Below are positions 9,788-21,281 of a stretch of 64,000 nt of DNA, piece after piece. The position numbers were made by a program, and so were the translations under genes. The DNA lies in NCBI GenBank assembly GCA_965209085.1, contig OZ242376.1, positions 736,001 through 800,000 of the forward strand, read 5' to 3'. Source of the DNA: Nitrosopumilaceae archaeon. GTDB taxonomy: Archaea > Thermoproteota > Nitrososphaeria > Nitrososphaerales > Nitrosopumilaceae. Position 1 is the stretch's first letter, and each line of letters begins with the position of its first letter. Under the pieces are notes generated by a model. That model ran no database searches and was not told where the DNA came from. It was given only the letters and a program-made list of their open reading frames with translations.

Positions 9788-10661
9788 TAATAATTGCACC
9801 ATCAGTTTGCGGAATAAACGTGTGTTCTGCCTGGGCAACTTTTTTGCCGTTTGCCTCCACTAGTATGGGGTATGCCCTCACGCATTTCTTTTTTACAAGA
9901 AACTGCAGCAGATCTCCTGTTTTATCCCATTCTTTTCTGAGCCATCTTTCGGCAAACGGCAGCATGTTGTAATTGTCCCAAATGTACCCTAGCATGCGGT
10001 CAGCGTTTTCATCTTTTGTTTTTTTACGGTTTGATATGGCATAAATGTTTTTGATTTTTCCCTCCTTGACAAATCCCATACCATCCGCATACGTGACAAA
10101 CGGCTCGCATGCATATGCAGCATCCTTTTCAAGGGAAAACGATCCTATGGACCACATGTTTGGTATCGTTCTGCCGGCATGTATGGTATATTTTCCAAGT
10201 GAATGGCCGCTTAGGTTGGCTATGGGTTTGAATCCGGCATTTGTAATTGATTTTTCTATGGTTTTTCCCACATCTTTTGATTTTACATCCTCTGCAACCA
10301 TGGACATTGCCGCCTTTAGGGCGTTCTCTGCTGCATCAAGTAAGGATATGTGGCGGGCATCGGTGCAGACAGTTACTGCAGTATCTGCAATGTATCCGTT
10401 TATCTGTGCACCCATGTCAAGTTTTACAAGATCGCCCTCTTTGATGACTGTCTCATCGTCCGGTTCCGCAGTATAGTGCGCCGCTGTTTCATTTATGCTG
10501 ACATTGACTGGAAACGCGCATTTGGCGCCCATCTTTATTATGGATGATTCTATATGCTCGCACACCTCTAAAACGGTTTTACCGTCATGATCCGTGTTGC
10601 GCGCCTCTTCGCGCACGGTGGCTGCAATTTTCCCCGCCGCCTTGTAATCTTCTATGGACAC
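9777..10661 (-). CDS. map: Methionine aminopeptidase type II
   Basis: AFPVNVSINETAAHYT, KLDMG, GYIADTA, NLSGH, CEPF, AQAEHT; start trimmed to GTG at 10661. Confidence 0.95.
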   Translation of the reverse strand: MSIEDYKAAGKIAATVREEARNTDHDGKTVLEVCEHIESSIIKMGAKCAFPVNVSINETAAHYTAEPDDETVIKEGDLVKLDMGAQINGYIADTAVTVCTDARHISLLDAAENALKAAMSMVAEDVKSKDVGKTIEKSITNAGFKPIANLSGHSLGKYTIHAGRTIPNMWSIGSFSLEKDAAYACEPFVTYADGMGFVKEGKIKNIYAISNRKKTKDENADRMLGYIWDNYNMLPFAERWLRKEWDKTGDLLQFLVKKKCVRAYPILVEANGKKVAQAEHTFIPQTDGAIITTL

Positions 10662-10882
10662 AGACTGTGTATGCGATGTGTCAAATAAAAAGGATGCAGT
10701 GGATTTTACAGTATATGACAGGAACTGATAATCTTTGGCAGGCTGAGATGACGTACGTTTGGCGCGGTCCGGACAGATGGCGTTGCATATTTTACGTATT
10801 GGATGCATTTGCTTGCAAATATGTACACTCTGCAATGGGATGTGTAATGCCATCAGAATTTGGTCTCGCGTGGAGACAAACA

Positions 10883-10950
10883 AAAATGAGTTCTCTGATC
10901 CTTTCACTTTTAATGCAAAAAACGTTCTCCCTCTATAAGGGTCTGCATCA
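10883..10950 (+). mobile_element. Solo right-end remnant of the IS3-family element
   Basis: aaaatgagttctctgatcc...aagggtctgcatca matches the IS3 end at 60165-60231. Confidence 0.8.
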
Positions 10951-11017
10951 TTATGCATAACCTCTATGGATTAAAAACATACAAAATTTATTATGTATAA
11001 TATAAAATTCAAATATT

Positions 11018-12469
11018 ATGCAACTGTTAAAAAATACTCGTAAAACCCATTATGCATTTTTGCTGATCATACTTGTTTTATCAGCATACGTTCACTTGTG
11101 GAATCCTGTTGGATTTCCGGATATATTTTTTGATGAAGGCATTTACATGCGCAGAGCAATGAACATGTTGGAAACTGGTAATCCTCAGGAAGGGTATTTT
11201 TATGATCATCCTTACTTTGGACAGATAATTCTTGCAGGAGTTTTAAAAATTACTGGATTTCCACAATCCGTAGAGCAGTCATTAGATCTGTCTTACATGG
11301 TTCCACGATTGTTTATTGGAATAATTGCGGTTCTGGACACTTTTCTAGTGTTTAAAATAGCGGGAAAAAAATTTAATAATAAAATAGCATTATTGGCTGC
11401 AATATTATTTGCAGTCATGCCTATTACATGGCTGTTGAGAAGAATTCTTCTTGATACGATACTGCTGCCACTTGTACTCTTGTCGATATTATTGGCTCTG
11501 TATTCGGGAAATACACAACGAAAAAATTTACTGATATTTGCATCTTCGATATTTTTAGGACTGGCAATTTTTACAAAAATTACCGCAATTACGATGATAC
11601 CTGTGGTAGCATATGTCATATTCTCAAATCATCAAAGTAAAAAATATCGCATATCATGGTTTGCGCCAATATTTTTGATTCCAATGATATGGCCTGCGGT
11701 CAGTATTAGCCTTGGCCAGTTTGATCTGTGGTTAAAAGACATACTTTGGCAATCAAGTCGTAGCACTGGGGATTTTCTTACAGTAACAGGATACATCTTT
11801 AGTATTGATCCGGTATTTATCGCGCTTGGATTTGTATCGTTTGTATTTGCATCTATTAAAAAGAAATGGTTTCTAGTATTGTGGTTTGCGCCGTTTTTAC
11901 TTTTTGTTTCAAATGTGGGGTTTTTGCAGTATTTTCATTTTGTTTTATTGTTGCCGGTATTTTGTATTGCTGCTGCATTCATGATGTACGATATATTCAA
12001 AAATACAAAAATGTGCAATTATATCCTTGTCGGCATTGGTGCAGGCTTACTCGTATACGGTACCGGCATATCAAGTATTCTAATAAATACGGATGTGAGC
12101 TCTGCTCAGATTGCAGCACTAGAGTTTGCATTGGAGAATTTTGATGACTCTAATTCCACATTGCTTGCAAGTCCTGTTTATTCGTGGATATTCAATTTCG
12201 TATATGATAAAAACAACGTCTCTCCTGATTATTCTGTAATTTTATTCGAGTCAATCAAAACTAAAGACATGATGTTGATTGCTGATCCTCATTTCATGTT
12301 GGACATTCAACGGGGTATTGAACTGCAAAACGCATACGATGATTCACATCTCATATATGAGATAAATGGCTCCATTAATCAAATAAATACAACCATTTTT
12401 CCATTTCAAAGCATGATGTTTACCGGAGAAGGAAAATTTATCGAGATAAAACGGACTAGCATGCCATGA
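11018..12469 (+). CDS. GT-C (ArnT/PMT-like) membrane glycosyltransferase
   Basis: FDEGIY, YDHPYFG, multiple TMs, LAIFTK. Confidence 0.85.
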   Translation: MQLLKNTRKTHYAFLLIILVLSAYVHLWNPVGFPDIFFDEGIYMRRAMNMLETGNPQEGYFYDHPYFGQIILAGVLKITGFPQSVEQSLDLSYMVPRLFIGIIAVLDTFLVFKIAGKKFNNKIALLAAILFAVMPITWLLRRILLDTILLPLVLLSILLALYSGNTQRKNLLIFASSIFLGLAIFTKITAITMIPVVAYVIFSNHQSKKYRISWFAPIFLIPMIWPAVSISLGQFDLWLKDILWQSSRSTGDFLTVTGYIFSIDPVFIALGFVSFVFASIKKKWFLVLWFAPFLLFVSNVGFLQYFHFVLLLPVFCIAAAFMMYDIFKNTKMCNYILVGIGAGLLVYGTGISSILINTDVSSAQIAALEFALENFDDSNSTLLASPVYSWIFNFVYDKNNVSPDYSVILFESIKTKDMMLIADPHFMLDIQRGIELQNAYDDSHLIYEINGSINQINTTIFPFQSMMFTGEGKFIEIKRTSMP

Positions 12470-13572
12470 AAATTAGCATTGTAATTCCCACATATAATGA
12501 GGCAAAAAACATTGTAAATCTTTTAGATCAAATCCTACCGTTGGTTGCAGATGATACGGAAATTATAATTGTAGATGATAACTCGCCTGATGGAACCTCT
12601 GATATTGTACAAAAATACAGTCAGAATATTTCCCCAAAAATACATCTGATTGTGCGTGAGAATAAAGATGGTCTAAGCTCGGCAATACTAAAAGGTGTTT
12701 CAAGCGCATCAAATGAAATTATTGTTGTAATGGATGCAGACAATAGCCACCCCCCTCATGTAATTCCGCAGATGATTCGGGAAATTGCCAATCATGATTT
12801 GGTTATTGCATCAAGATACATGCCTGGCGGATTGATCAGTAATTGGTCTACAAAAAGAAAAATTCTCAGTAAAACTGGAACACTGGTTGCCAAAACCGGA
12901 TTGGGCATAAAACAAAAAGATCCATTGTCCGGCTTTTTTGCTTTTAAAAAAAACATTATACAAAAAATCGATTTTGATGCTATAGGTTACAAAATATTGT
13001 TGGAAATTCTGGTCAAAACGGATGGAATCCGCATAAAAGAAATTCCTTATGAATTCTCTGATAGAAAATTGGGTCAGAGCAAGCTTGGATTTTCCACCGT
13101 ACTTGATTTTATCAAAGCTACATGGAAGCTGTACAGATATGGCAAAACCTATCATGAGAGCAGAACATCTGTCAGATTTATTTCAAAGAGCGCAAGATTT
13201 TTCACCGTTGGTGCTACAGGACTTTTGGTAAATCTTCTTACAATAACTGCAATATTGGAATTGGCACCAATATGGTATATACATGCAAATATAATTGGAA
13301 TATTTGTATCTATGAGTAGCAATTTTCTGCTGAACAAATGCTGGACTTTTGAGGATCTAAGTTTTAAAACGAAAAAAACTTTGCAACAATACGCAAAATT
13401 TTTACTGTTTAGCTCTGCTGGAGCCGCAGTTCAATTATCCCTGATATACTATCTAGTAGACGTACATGAGGTCGATTATACCGTATCTTTGATCTTGGCA
13501 GTACTTGCTGCCGGATTTGGTAATTTTATACTAAACAAGAAATTTACATTTAACGAATTAGTTTGGTCATAA
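12466..13572 (+). CDS. Dolichol-phosphate mannosyltransferase (GT2) with C-terminal GtrA domain
   Basis: IPTYNE, VDDNSPDGT, MDADNSHPP, DPLSGFF, R..GQSK; GtrA-like RFFTVG...NFLLNK. Confidence 0.9.
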   Translation: MKISIVIPTYNEAKNIVNLLDQILPLVADDTEIIIVDDNSPDGTSDIVQKYSQNISPKIHLIVRENKDGLSSAILKGVSSASNEIIVVMDADNSHPPHVIPQMIREIANHDLVIASRYMPGGLISNWSTKRKILSKTGTLVAKTGLGIKQKDPLSGFFAFKKNIIQKIDFDAIGYKILLEILVKTDGIRIKEIPYEFSDRKLGQSKLGFSTVLDFIKATWKLYRYGKTYHESRTSVRFISKSARFFTVGATGLLVNLLTITAILELAPIWYIHANIIGIFVSMSSNFLLNKCWTFEDLSFKTKKTLQQYAKFLLFSSAGAAVQLSLIYYLVDVHEVDYTVSLILAVLAAGFGNFILNKKFTFNELVWS

Positions 13573-13704
13573 TGAATATTGGTATTGCAAAATTTATAGA
13601 AAACTTGCAAAATTACATGAAAGTAAAGTTAGATATCCGGATAAATATAGGTACAGTCAATCGATCCTGTAATATTTGAAGAATTTTGTGGTTATAGTAA
13701 ATCT

Positions 13705-13944
13705 ATGATATCGTATATCAATACAATTCTTAAAAAATCTGGCTATAATGATACTGAATGCAGAGAATTAGCAGACAAATTTGTTTATCAATTTCCAATG
13801 CATGATTTTGTAATTGATAAAAACATGGAAACCGATATTGGATTACATGTTGAATCTTATGATGTGGATGTTGAAGAATGGGATCTTGTGAGAAATTGGT
13901 TCAGTAAATACATTGCAAAAGAAACAGGAAATCATTTCATTTGA
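13705..13944 (+). CDS. Hypothetical protein
   Basis: 79-aa ATG ORF, protein-like composition. Confidence 0.4.
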   Translation: MISYINTILKKSGYNDTECRELADKFVYQFPMHDFVIDKNMETDIGLHVESYDVDVEEWDLVRNWFSKYIAKETGNHFI

Positions 13945-14219
13945 TATTGTATTCCAAACAAAGATGTATTGAACTAAAAAAATACAAAATAATTATTCAG
14001 CGTATGCATCGGATGCCGATGTATCTTTAATACCATCAAATTTTATTATCACTTTAATTGATTCTGACATGTTGAAATTACAACATGGCATAAACATATA
14101 ACATTAGATCGTAGGCTATGATTCATCTGTCCATTTTAATAGAGCTTCTTCAACTGTTATTGACAAATTTCCCCCATAAGCGATCCCTTTAATTGTGGTC
14201 TACTCAAACTCACACCGCT

Positions 14220-14293
14220 GGGGTTGTAGTCTAGCATGGTATGATTCTGGTTTTGGGTACCAGGGGTCGCAGGTTCAAGTCCTGCCAACCCCA
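14220..14293 (+). tRNA. tRNA-Pro(UGG)
   Basis: Acceptor GGGGTTG/CAACCCC, anticodon arm CTGGT-TTTGGGT-ACCAG, T arm GCAGG-TTCAAGT-CCTGC; no encoded CCA. Confidence 0.95.
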
Positions 14294-14633
14294 CTCTTAA
14301 AGATTATAACACTCCTCACCATATAAAACACACAAGCAATGATGATGAGTTAGAGTAAATGATTTATGATTTGATCTAATGGCTCTGAGCTTGATTATAT
14401 CTCTAGCATTAAAATGACACAAACTGCACATAGCTCTGTCCATGAATGAGCATTTTTTATAAAATCCGATCAAATTCATTCAAAATCATGCAACATGTCC
14501 ACCAATTCATCATTATCAAGCCCTGCTCATCTTGTCAGCATTGCAAATATTGGGTTTTAGAGTATAGCATACGCTAGGATCATATCTGACACAAAGTGTC
14601 AGAATCTAGACTACGGCAGCTAGAATGTGAATA

Positions 14634-15039
14634 TTATAACACGACAAAAAAGCCCAATTCAATTTTCTGTGTTGCAAATTTGCGTGTACTTGAAGTGGAA
14701 GAAAACCTTCTCTTCATGGATGAAAACGTGGTCTCTACGTTGCTGCGTTTGTAGTATATGGATAGAAATTCATCAGGATTATCACGATGCCATCTAAGCA
14801 TCTTTCCCATTGCGTCAAATCCACGTACACGAACACCTTTTCTTGGCATTATTACAGGAATTCGTCCAATCTTTTCTACGAATGTGCATATGTTGCATGA
14901 AAGATATGCTGCATCAAGCATCACATGACCGGAACCGTGCGGCAGTGTGTCACATATTTGCTCAAATATTGGTGCATCATGGCATCGTGCATGGGTAATA
15001 TCATATGATATGATTATGCCGTTTTCAGCAGTTACAATA
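14634..15039 (-). pseudogene. C-terminal half of the split DDE transposase
   Basis: HDAP, MLDAAY, YYKRSNVETTFSSMKRRF (YREK-like). Confidence 0.85.
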
Positions 15040-15106
15040 GACTTCATGCATAATGGGCCAAATTCACAATTTTTACGAATAAAAATGATCGATTTGAACG
15101 ATTATG

Positions 15107-15828
15107 TAGGTCATGTCACAACCTGCCTAATTCTGACATTTTGACTAAAACGATATTAAAATATCTAATTTGGCGACAATTTTGATTCCAAAGATTTAGA
15201 TCATCCCACAAAGTAGACGAATTATGAGAAACACCCACGAGATGATCCATTATGAGTAAAAAGCACTAATAAAAATATCGAATGCAGAGACCAAAGAAGC
15301 GGATAAAAAAATGATTGCCGAGAAAAACCTGAAAAGCCTCACTGCATCCATATTGTTTGGCCATCTGAGCTAGTTTGCAGTCCCAAAATAACACAAAAAA
15401 GAACTCAAATGCATGAACAAATGTAAGAACGGCAGATGTTTCAATCTAAAAACGAAAGGAAAATCTAAAAAAATGGAAAAAAGATATAGAGTATGGAAAA
15501 AGATGGCACTCTAAAATTGTTTTTGCAGTATTCAAAGAAAGGTTTGGAGAACATGTACGATCAAGACATATGAAAAACATAAAGCAAGAAATTGGCATGA
15601 AAATCCTAGTGTACAATTTGTTAATATGTGCTGCATACTGACACAAAACTGCAACAAGCCTAGCGGACGCTGTATGCAGATGTGTGAATTTTTGAAGATT
15701 TTTGTGTGAAATTATGGTTTGATAACAAATGGGTCCTGATATCGATGACAGATGTATGTTTTTGGAAGATTTACTGTCATTTTTGATGGAATTTCCAATA
15801 GAATTTTCAATAGTTGTGAAATGACCTA
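15107..15828 (+). mobile_element. Internally deleted copy of the 1434-bp IS5-family element
   Basis: Ends TAGGTCATGTCACAAC / GTTGTGAAATGACCTA; sequence matches both ends of 48135-49568 with the middle removed. Confidence 0.9.
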
Positions 15829-15917
15829 CATAATCTGCAACATTTTTATATGAATGTTCATTATTTACAGCGTTGGATAGTAAGAAATGGACAATGTTGC
15901 CCTTATTTGCATTATTG

Positions 15918-17451
15918 GTAACTGTCTAGAGTTTTGAAGTTAAATTGGATAGATATTCTTCCAAATAATCATGAAAGTTCAGATTCCTCAACCTGCACGT
16001 CTCCTTTATGCTCATCAATATCTTGTGAGCTTTGACACCATCCTCTGAGCGATGACCATTTGTAATTTTACGTATTACGACATTTGGTCGAATCCCCCTC
16101 TCGGCGGTATTGTTGTGCCAGTCAGTACCCGTTTTTAGAAACGTAAAGAGCATATCTTTTTCTCGCCTGATTCTTTTTACAAATCTGATACAGTTTTTCT
16201 CCTTGTACGGCTTTGAGATCAGTCTGTCAATTCTTACCTCTAGATTTTTCTTGATTTTAAGCCTCTTGATCTTGCTTTGTATCTTTGCAGCATCCTGTGA
16301 GTCGTAGAGTATTTTTTGCAGACGTTTTGCAAATGGTTCAAACTCTTTGCCGGGGTTTTTATGATCTATTGTACCCAGGATCTCTCTTTTATAGTGAACA
16401 TGGCAACGCTGATGTGTTTTACCAGCATAATTCCATGCCGGCCCGGAATCGCTTGTAACGTTTCCCTTGTATTCTTTTAATATTTTTTTTGGTACCTCGC
16501 GTCCACGTGATTTGTCAATTTCATATATGATGGTCCATTTTCCAACAAACACCCACAACCAGTGGTTGATGCCATCAATCCGCCAGCTGGTCTCATCTCC
16601 GTGTATGTTTAATTCTTGGTTTAATTCCTTTATCATCTGCTCGTACAGCGAACCAAACGCTGTCGCCATTTTTGTTATCGCATGATTTATGGTGGAAGGT
16701 GTCACGTGTATCGAATACATTGTATTTACCAGTCGTGATATTTTTACATATGAAATTCCCAATAATTTGAGTGAGACGATAAACACTCCCAATCTGATCC
16801 CAAACCTACTGTTTGGAAGTGCGGTGTATATTTTTGGTGTGATTGTCTTTTTACAGTGTTTGCAATATCTTCGATATATCGTATATTCTGTATTGTACGT
16901 CTTTGCTGGAATAATATCCTCCACCGTACGGGTGTATTTGTCGATGATTTTTGAGAGCTTGTTTCCACATCCACTGCACATCTTTTGATCCACATTTGTT
17001 TTATTGTCGATTCTGATGGGTTTTTTTCTGCTGGTTCTTGTATGATCAGAGTATTTTCTTTCTGCTGGTTCTTGTATGATCAGAGTATTTTCTTTCTGTA
17101 AGAGTTTTGGAAATGTTGGGTTTTGCATGGATATTCTTTGCGACAAGTTCTTTTACTGCAAATTTTAGATCATCTATTTCTTTTTGTTGATCTGCAGATT
17201 TTTTTTCAAGCATGGAACATTTTTCCTCAGATGCAGAATATTTGCTTTTCAGATCTGTAATCTCGCTTTTCTGTCGTTTATTGATACGTTGTAACTGCGC
17301 AATTTCTTGCGATACATAATGTGACCTTTGGTTGTGGTCATTTTGGTCACGTTCTGACAACAATTCGTTATGTTTGTGCCCGATCCATAAAGATCACGGT
17401 GGAAAATACTCGATCATATGATCAAATCGCTTCAAAACTCTAGACAGTTAC
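15918..17451 (-). mobile_element. IS66-family element; transposase frameshifted (ORFs 17046-17363 and 15926-17146)
   Basis: TIRs GTAACTGTCTAGAGTTTTGAAG; zinc finger CxxC..CxxC, HGDETSW, QRCHVH, NNTAERGIR. Confidence 0.9.
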
Positions 17452-18126
17452 AATGGATCTAATAGATGGATTCTTACATTACATAAATGTAGTCCGCATG
17501 AATTAAAGAAAATGCCGTATGTTCAAAAACGTATTAAAGCTGTTGTAAAATTCAGAAAAAATAGTAAAAAAAAATCTACACGTGAATTAGCAAAAACCCC
17601 CACAGTATTTGATCATATTATGATTCCTACAATGCCATTTTTATTAATTCCTAGTACATCGTCGATCAGGCGTAATTATGTACCAATGGCATACATGAAA
17701 CCTCCTATTATACCAAGTAAAGCTACAATGATAATAGAAAATGCAACTATAGAATTATTTGGACTTATAACTTCAAAAATGCACATGGTGTGGTTACGAA
17801 CAATTGGTGGAAAGTTAAAGAATGATTTTAGATATTCTGGCGGTATGATTTACAACACATTCCCTGTCCCATCAAATTACACATCTCTCAAACCATATGC
17901 TCAAAAAATCTTGGATGTGAGAACTAACTATACGGATTCAACATTGGCAGATCTATATGATCCAAATACAATGCCGGCAGACCTTCTAAAATCACATCAA
18001 TCCCTAGATCGTGTAGTTGATAAGATGTATACCAAAAAACCATTTAAATCCGATTCAGAACGAATAGAGTTTTTGCTAGAAAAATATGAAGAATTAGTAT
18101 CTAAAAATGAGACACCTATAGGATAA
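17452..18126 (+). pseudogene. C-terminal (target-recognition) fragment of an MmeI-like Type IIL/IIG restriction-modification enzyme
   Basis: MHMVWLRTIGGKLKNDFRYS, YNTFP, TLADLYDP..MP..L..H..LDR.VD..Y; 5' part cut off by IS66. Confidence 0.85.
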
Positions 18127-18127
18127 C

Positions 18128-18272
18128 TAGGGTAATGCGTGTGTTTATTGACTCCATGATGATACGCACCTTTTCATCTGGAGCACGATGTGGTTTTTTC
18201 ATTAACAAATCCACTCCAGAGGGGTAAAATTTGTAACACTTGGAGTGTTCTCCTTTTATGGGGTCCACTCCA
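18128..18272 (-). mobile_element. IS3-family left-end fragment
   Basis: Matches 52737-52881 (IRL plus start of orfA, MKKPHRAPDEKVRI). Confidence 0.9.
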
Positions 18273-18320
18273 GTAAGGGATACAGAAAACCATAAATACA
18301 GCATTTTATAATTAAAATTA

Positions 18321-19616
18321 TTGTTGCTTAACAAATTAACAATAATTGTAATTATAACAATTATAGCTATAACATCTACGCTTGTAATTGTAATTCCTGC
18401 TGACGATATTAACGTACAGTCTACAATCCATCATGAAAAATCCTTGGTTAATCCTACATGGTCATTTAACCAATCAGTTTCTGTTTCAGAGGCAAACAAC
18501 CAAGTAGCCATAAATTTGTTCAAACTGTTGGAAAATGATACACAAAAAAACATCTTTTTTTCACCTTTTAGTATTCTTACGGCCATGACGATAGAGTACG
18601 AGGGGGCACGGAGCAATACTGCATTAGAAATGGAAAAAGCACTGGGCATATCCTCTGATGATAATACACGTAGATTGAGACTGCAAAATATAACGCAAAG
18701 CCTAACGAATGAAAATCTAGATTATGAATTAAACGTGGCAAACGCCCTGTGGATTAGAGATGACTATAAAGTCCGTCCTGAATATGCAGGTATAGTAAAT
18801 ATCCATTATGACGGTGTTGTAGATTCATTTAACAGTAAAAGTGCTGATAAAATCAACAAATGGGCAAATGATTCAACAAGAGGAAAAATATCCAAAATAG
18901 TTGATGATGAAAGATTATTCGATGATGCTTTGAAAGTTATCATAACCAACGCAGTGTATTTTAACGCCTCTTGGATGCATGAATTTGACGTATTAGATAC
19001 CAAAAAAAGTGATTTTTGGGTTAATGATAAAAAAAGTTTGGATGTAGATATGATGAAGCAAGTTATTAGACAAATACATTATGCAAAAATAGATGGCGTG
19101 CAGATATTAAAAATTCCATACAAATCGGATTCGGACAGACTATCAATGATAATAGCACTACCCGAAGACAAGGACGGTATAGAAGATTTAGAGAATAATC
19201 TGACATATGATATGTTTACAGCATGGACTAGAAACACAGAACCTCATCTTGTGCAGATGTATATTCCAAAATTTAAAATAGAAACCAAATATGACGGCTC
19301 TAAAACAATACCCGCATTTAAGAATCTTGGAATATCTGATGCATTTTACCCCAGTAGTGCTAATTTATCAGGCATGGCATTCGATGCTGATGGTTTGTAT
19401 ATTAGCGATATTGTTCACAATGCATTTGTGAATGTAGATGAAATAGGAACCGAAGCTGCAGCTATAACAACAATATTTAATAGGCCAGAAAGTTCCACAG
19501 CATATCTTGGAGATACAATAACATTCAGGGCGGATCATCCATTTATATTTACAATTTGGGATGATGAGACAAATATCATACTATTTATGGGTAGAATCTC
19601 AGATCCAACCGCATAA
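18321..19616 (+). CDS. Serpin (serine protease inhibitor) with N-terminal signal/anchor
   Basis: NIFFSPFSI, INKWA..TRGKI, NAVYF, hinge VDEIGTEAAAIT, FRADHPFIF, ILFMGRI.DP. Confidence 0.95.
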   Translation: MLLNKLTIIVIITIIAITSTLVIVIPADDINVQSTIHHEKSLVNPTWSFNQSVSVSEANNQVAINLFKLLENDTQKNIFFSPFSILTAMTIEYEGARSNTALEMEKALGISSDDNTRRLRLQNITQSLTNENLDYELNVANALWIRDDYKVRPEYAGIVNIHYDGVVDSFNSKSADKINKWANDSTRGKISKIVDDERLFDDALKVIITNAVYFNASWMHEFDVLDTKKSDFWVNDKKSLDVDMMKQVIRQIHYAKIDGVQILKIPYKSDSDRLSMIIALPEDKDGIEDLENNLTYDMFTAWTRNTEPHLVQMYIPKFKIETKYDGSKTIPAFKNLGISDAFYPSSANLSGMAFDADGLYISDIVHNAFVNVDEIGTEAAAITTIFNRPESSTAYLGDTITFRADHPFIFTIWDDETNIILFMGRISDPTA

Positions 19617-19621
19617 TATAG

Positions 19622-20880
19622 TAGATGTCTTGCGTAATAAAAAATTCGGCATAACAATATATTGTGCCTAATAATTAAAGTGTTATGTTAAAAAATCACA
19701 TTCTGGAATATGATTTACAGTTAATCTAAGACAATACGCCACATGTCAATTATGTGATCACCGTTTGCAGTAATTCATGTTGGAACAATGTAGGTTTGCA
19801 AATCCACGCGACAACATGTACATCTGGTCAATATCGGGCGTGCAGTATGATGTTATAATGAGCGTGCCCACTCATTTTTGTAATTTATTAATCCGTTTAC
19901 AACCTGCACGATTCCATCATATTTATCAAATCGTGATCGGAATACATCTCGGCGTATGTTGAATTTCTTAATTCTGCTGTAAACATGTTCTATCCGTACA
20001 CGTACGCTTGAGAGTAATTTATTGTGAAATATTTGTTCGCGGGTTCTCTTTTTATTTTTATATTTTTTACAGGGTATGATCGAATTTGCTTGTGGAAACG
20101 CGTCATGTATTCCCTGATATGCACTATCATAGAGATTTGAAACAGAATTCAACAGATCCTGCGTAATTTTGTTTTCACACTGCAGTGGGTGGTTCTCTTT
20201 TACAATGGCATAATCGTGTACACTGCCAGGATATGACATTGAGCTATACAAGATCATTCCGTTTCCGTTTATGACTTCTGTTGTTTTTCTGGTATGTGTT
20301 TTGTGCTTGCCAGAATAGTTTTTCTTTTGTTCTTCCTTGTCACTTGGACGCCATACCCGTTGTTCGGTAGCATCTGTAACGCAATAATTGTCAGGAAAAT
20401 TCTTTTCAAGATCTTTGGAAGATTTTATTTCTAAAACTTGTTTGTGTAGTTTATGTGGAGTTGGAAGAATATCTGCCAATATCTTTAGAATCATGCCTAT
20501 GTTTCGTTGTACATTACTTTGATCCAAGTCAAACATGTATCCTATTTTTTCATACGACTGGTATTCTCGTAAATAAACAAGCGTCATTATTAACCGATCT
20601 GGCAGTGACAAGTGATGTTTCATGCCTCCTCCTGGACTTCGTTGTCTTTCTGCTGCATTTGCAACATCCAGCTGGCATTCAAGATATTTTTTACGTATGC
20701 CAGGAATCAAGGAATCAAATTCTTCGACCGTAAGACCGGTAAACGCCTTGAATGCACGCGGTTTTTTGCGCATTGTCGTTTCTGAGAACACAAAACACAG
20801 TAAACATGCATGAAAATAGATCGATGTGATCTAAAAGTTTGGACTGCATGATTGAATTTCTTTATTACGCAAGGCATCTA
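19622..20880 (-). mobile_element. IS5-family (ISL2-like) element, transposase 19853-20791
   Basis: TIRs TAGATG(T/C)CTTGCGTAATAA; HTH plus DATE, YSGKHK, DSAYQG, RVRIEH. Confidence 0.9.
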
Positions 20881-21281
20881 ATATGCAATTTGCGATAATC
20901 CCGTCTGGACCTTGATCCATTTTTTGCATAAAGCCATGTGTTATGCCCGTTTATTGCAATTCCTGTAAAATCCCCGTACAATGTACCTTTCATTCCAGGT
21001 CTGCCTGCAGAATTTATCATCCATGTGATGAAATGTACATCAATTCTAGATGCTACATGCAACGCCGACCTTGATGGTACTCTTTTCAAGCCCTGCATTG
21101 ATAGTAAACGTGATGAATCTTCAAGATAATCTCCGAGTTCATTGTATGACAATTGTTGCATTGTTTTTAGGGCAATACACGCAGTCATTCCCAGGGGGTC
21201 AAAGCCGTGTTGTCCTAATGGATTCTGTTTCCATGGCTTTACCCCATGATTTTTTGCTTTCATTATAATCGAGGTTAACAT
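20879..21281 (-). pseudogene. N-terminal half of the split DDE transposase
   Basis: LSYNEL...VPSRSALH, GDFTG, YRKLHI; cut off by the IS5 end. Confidence 0.8.
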
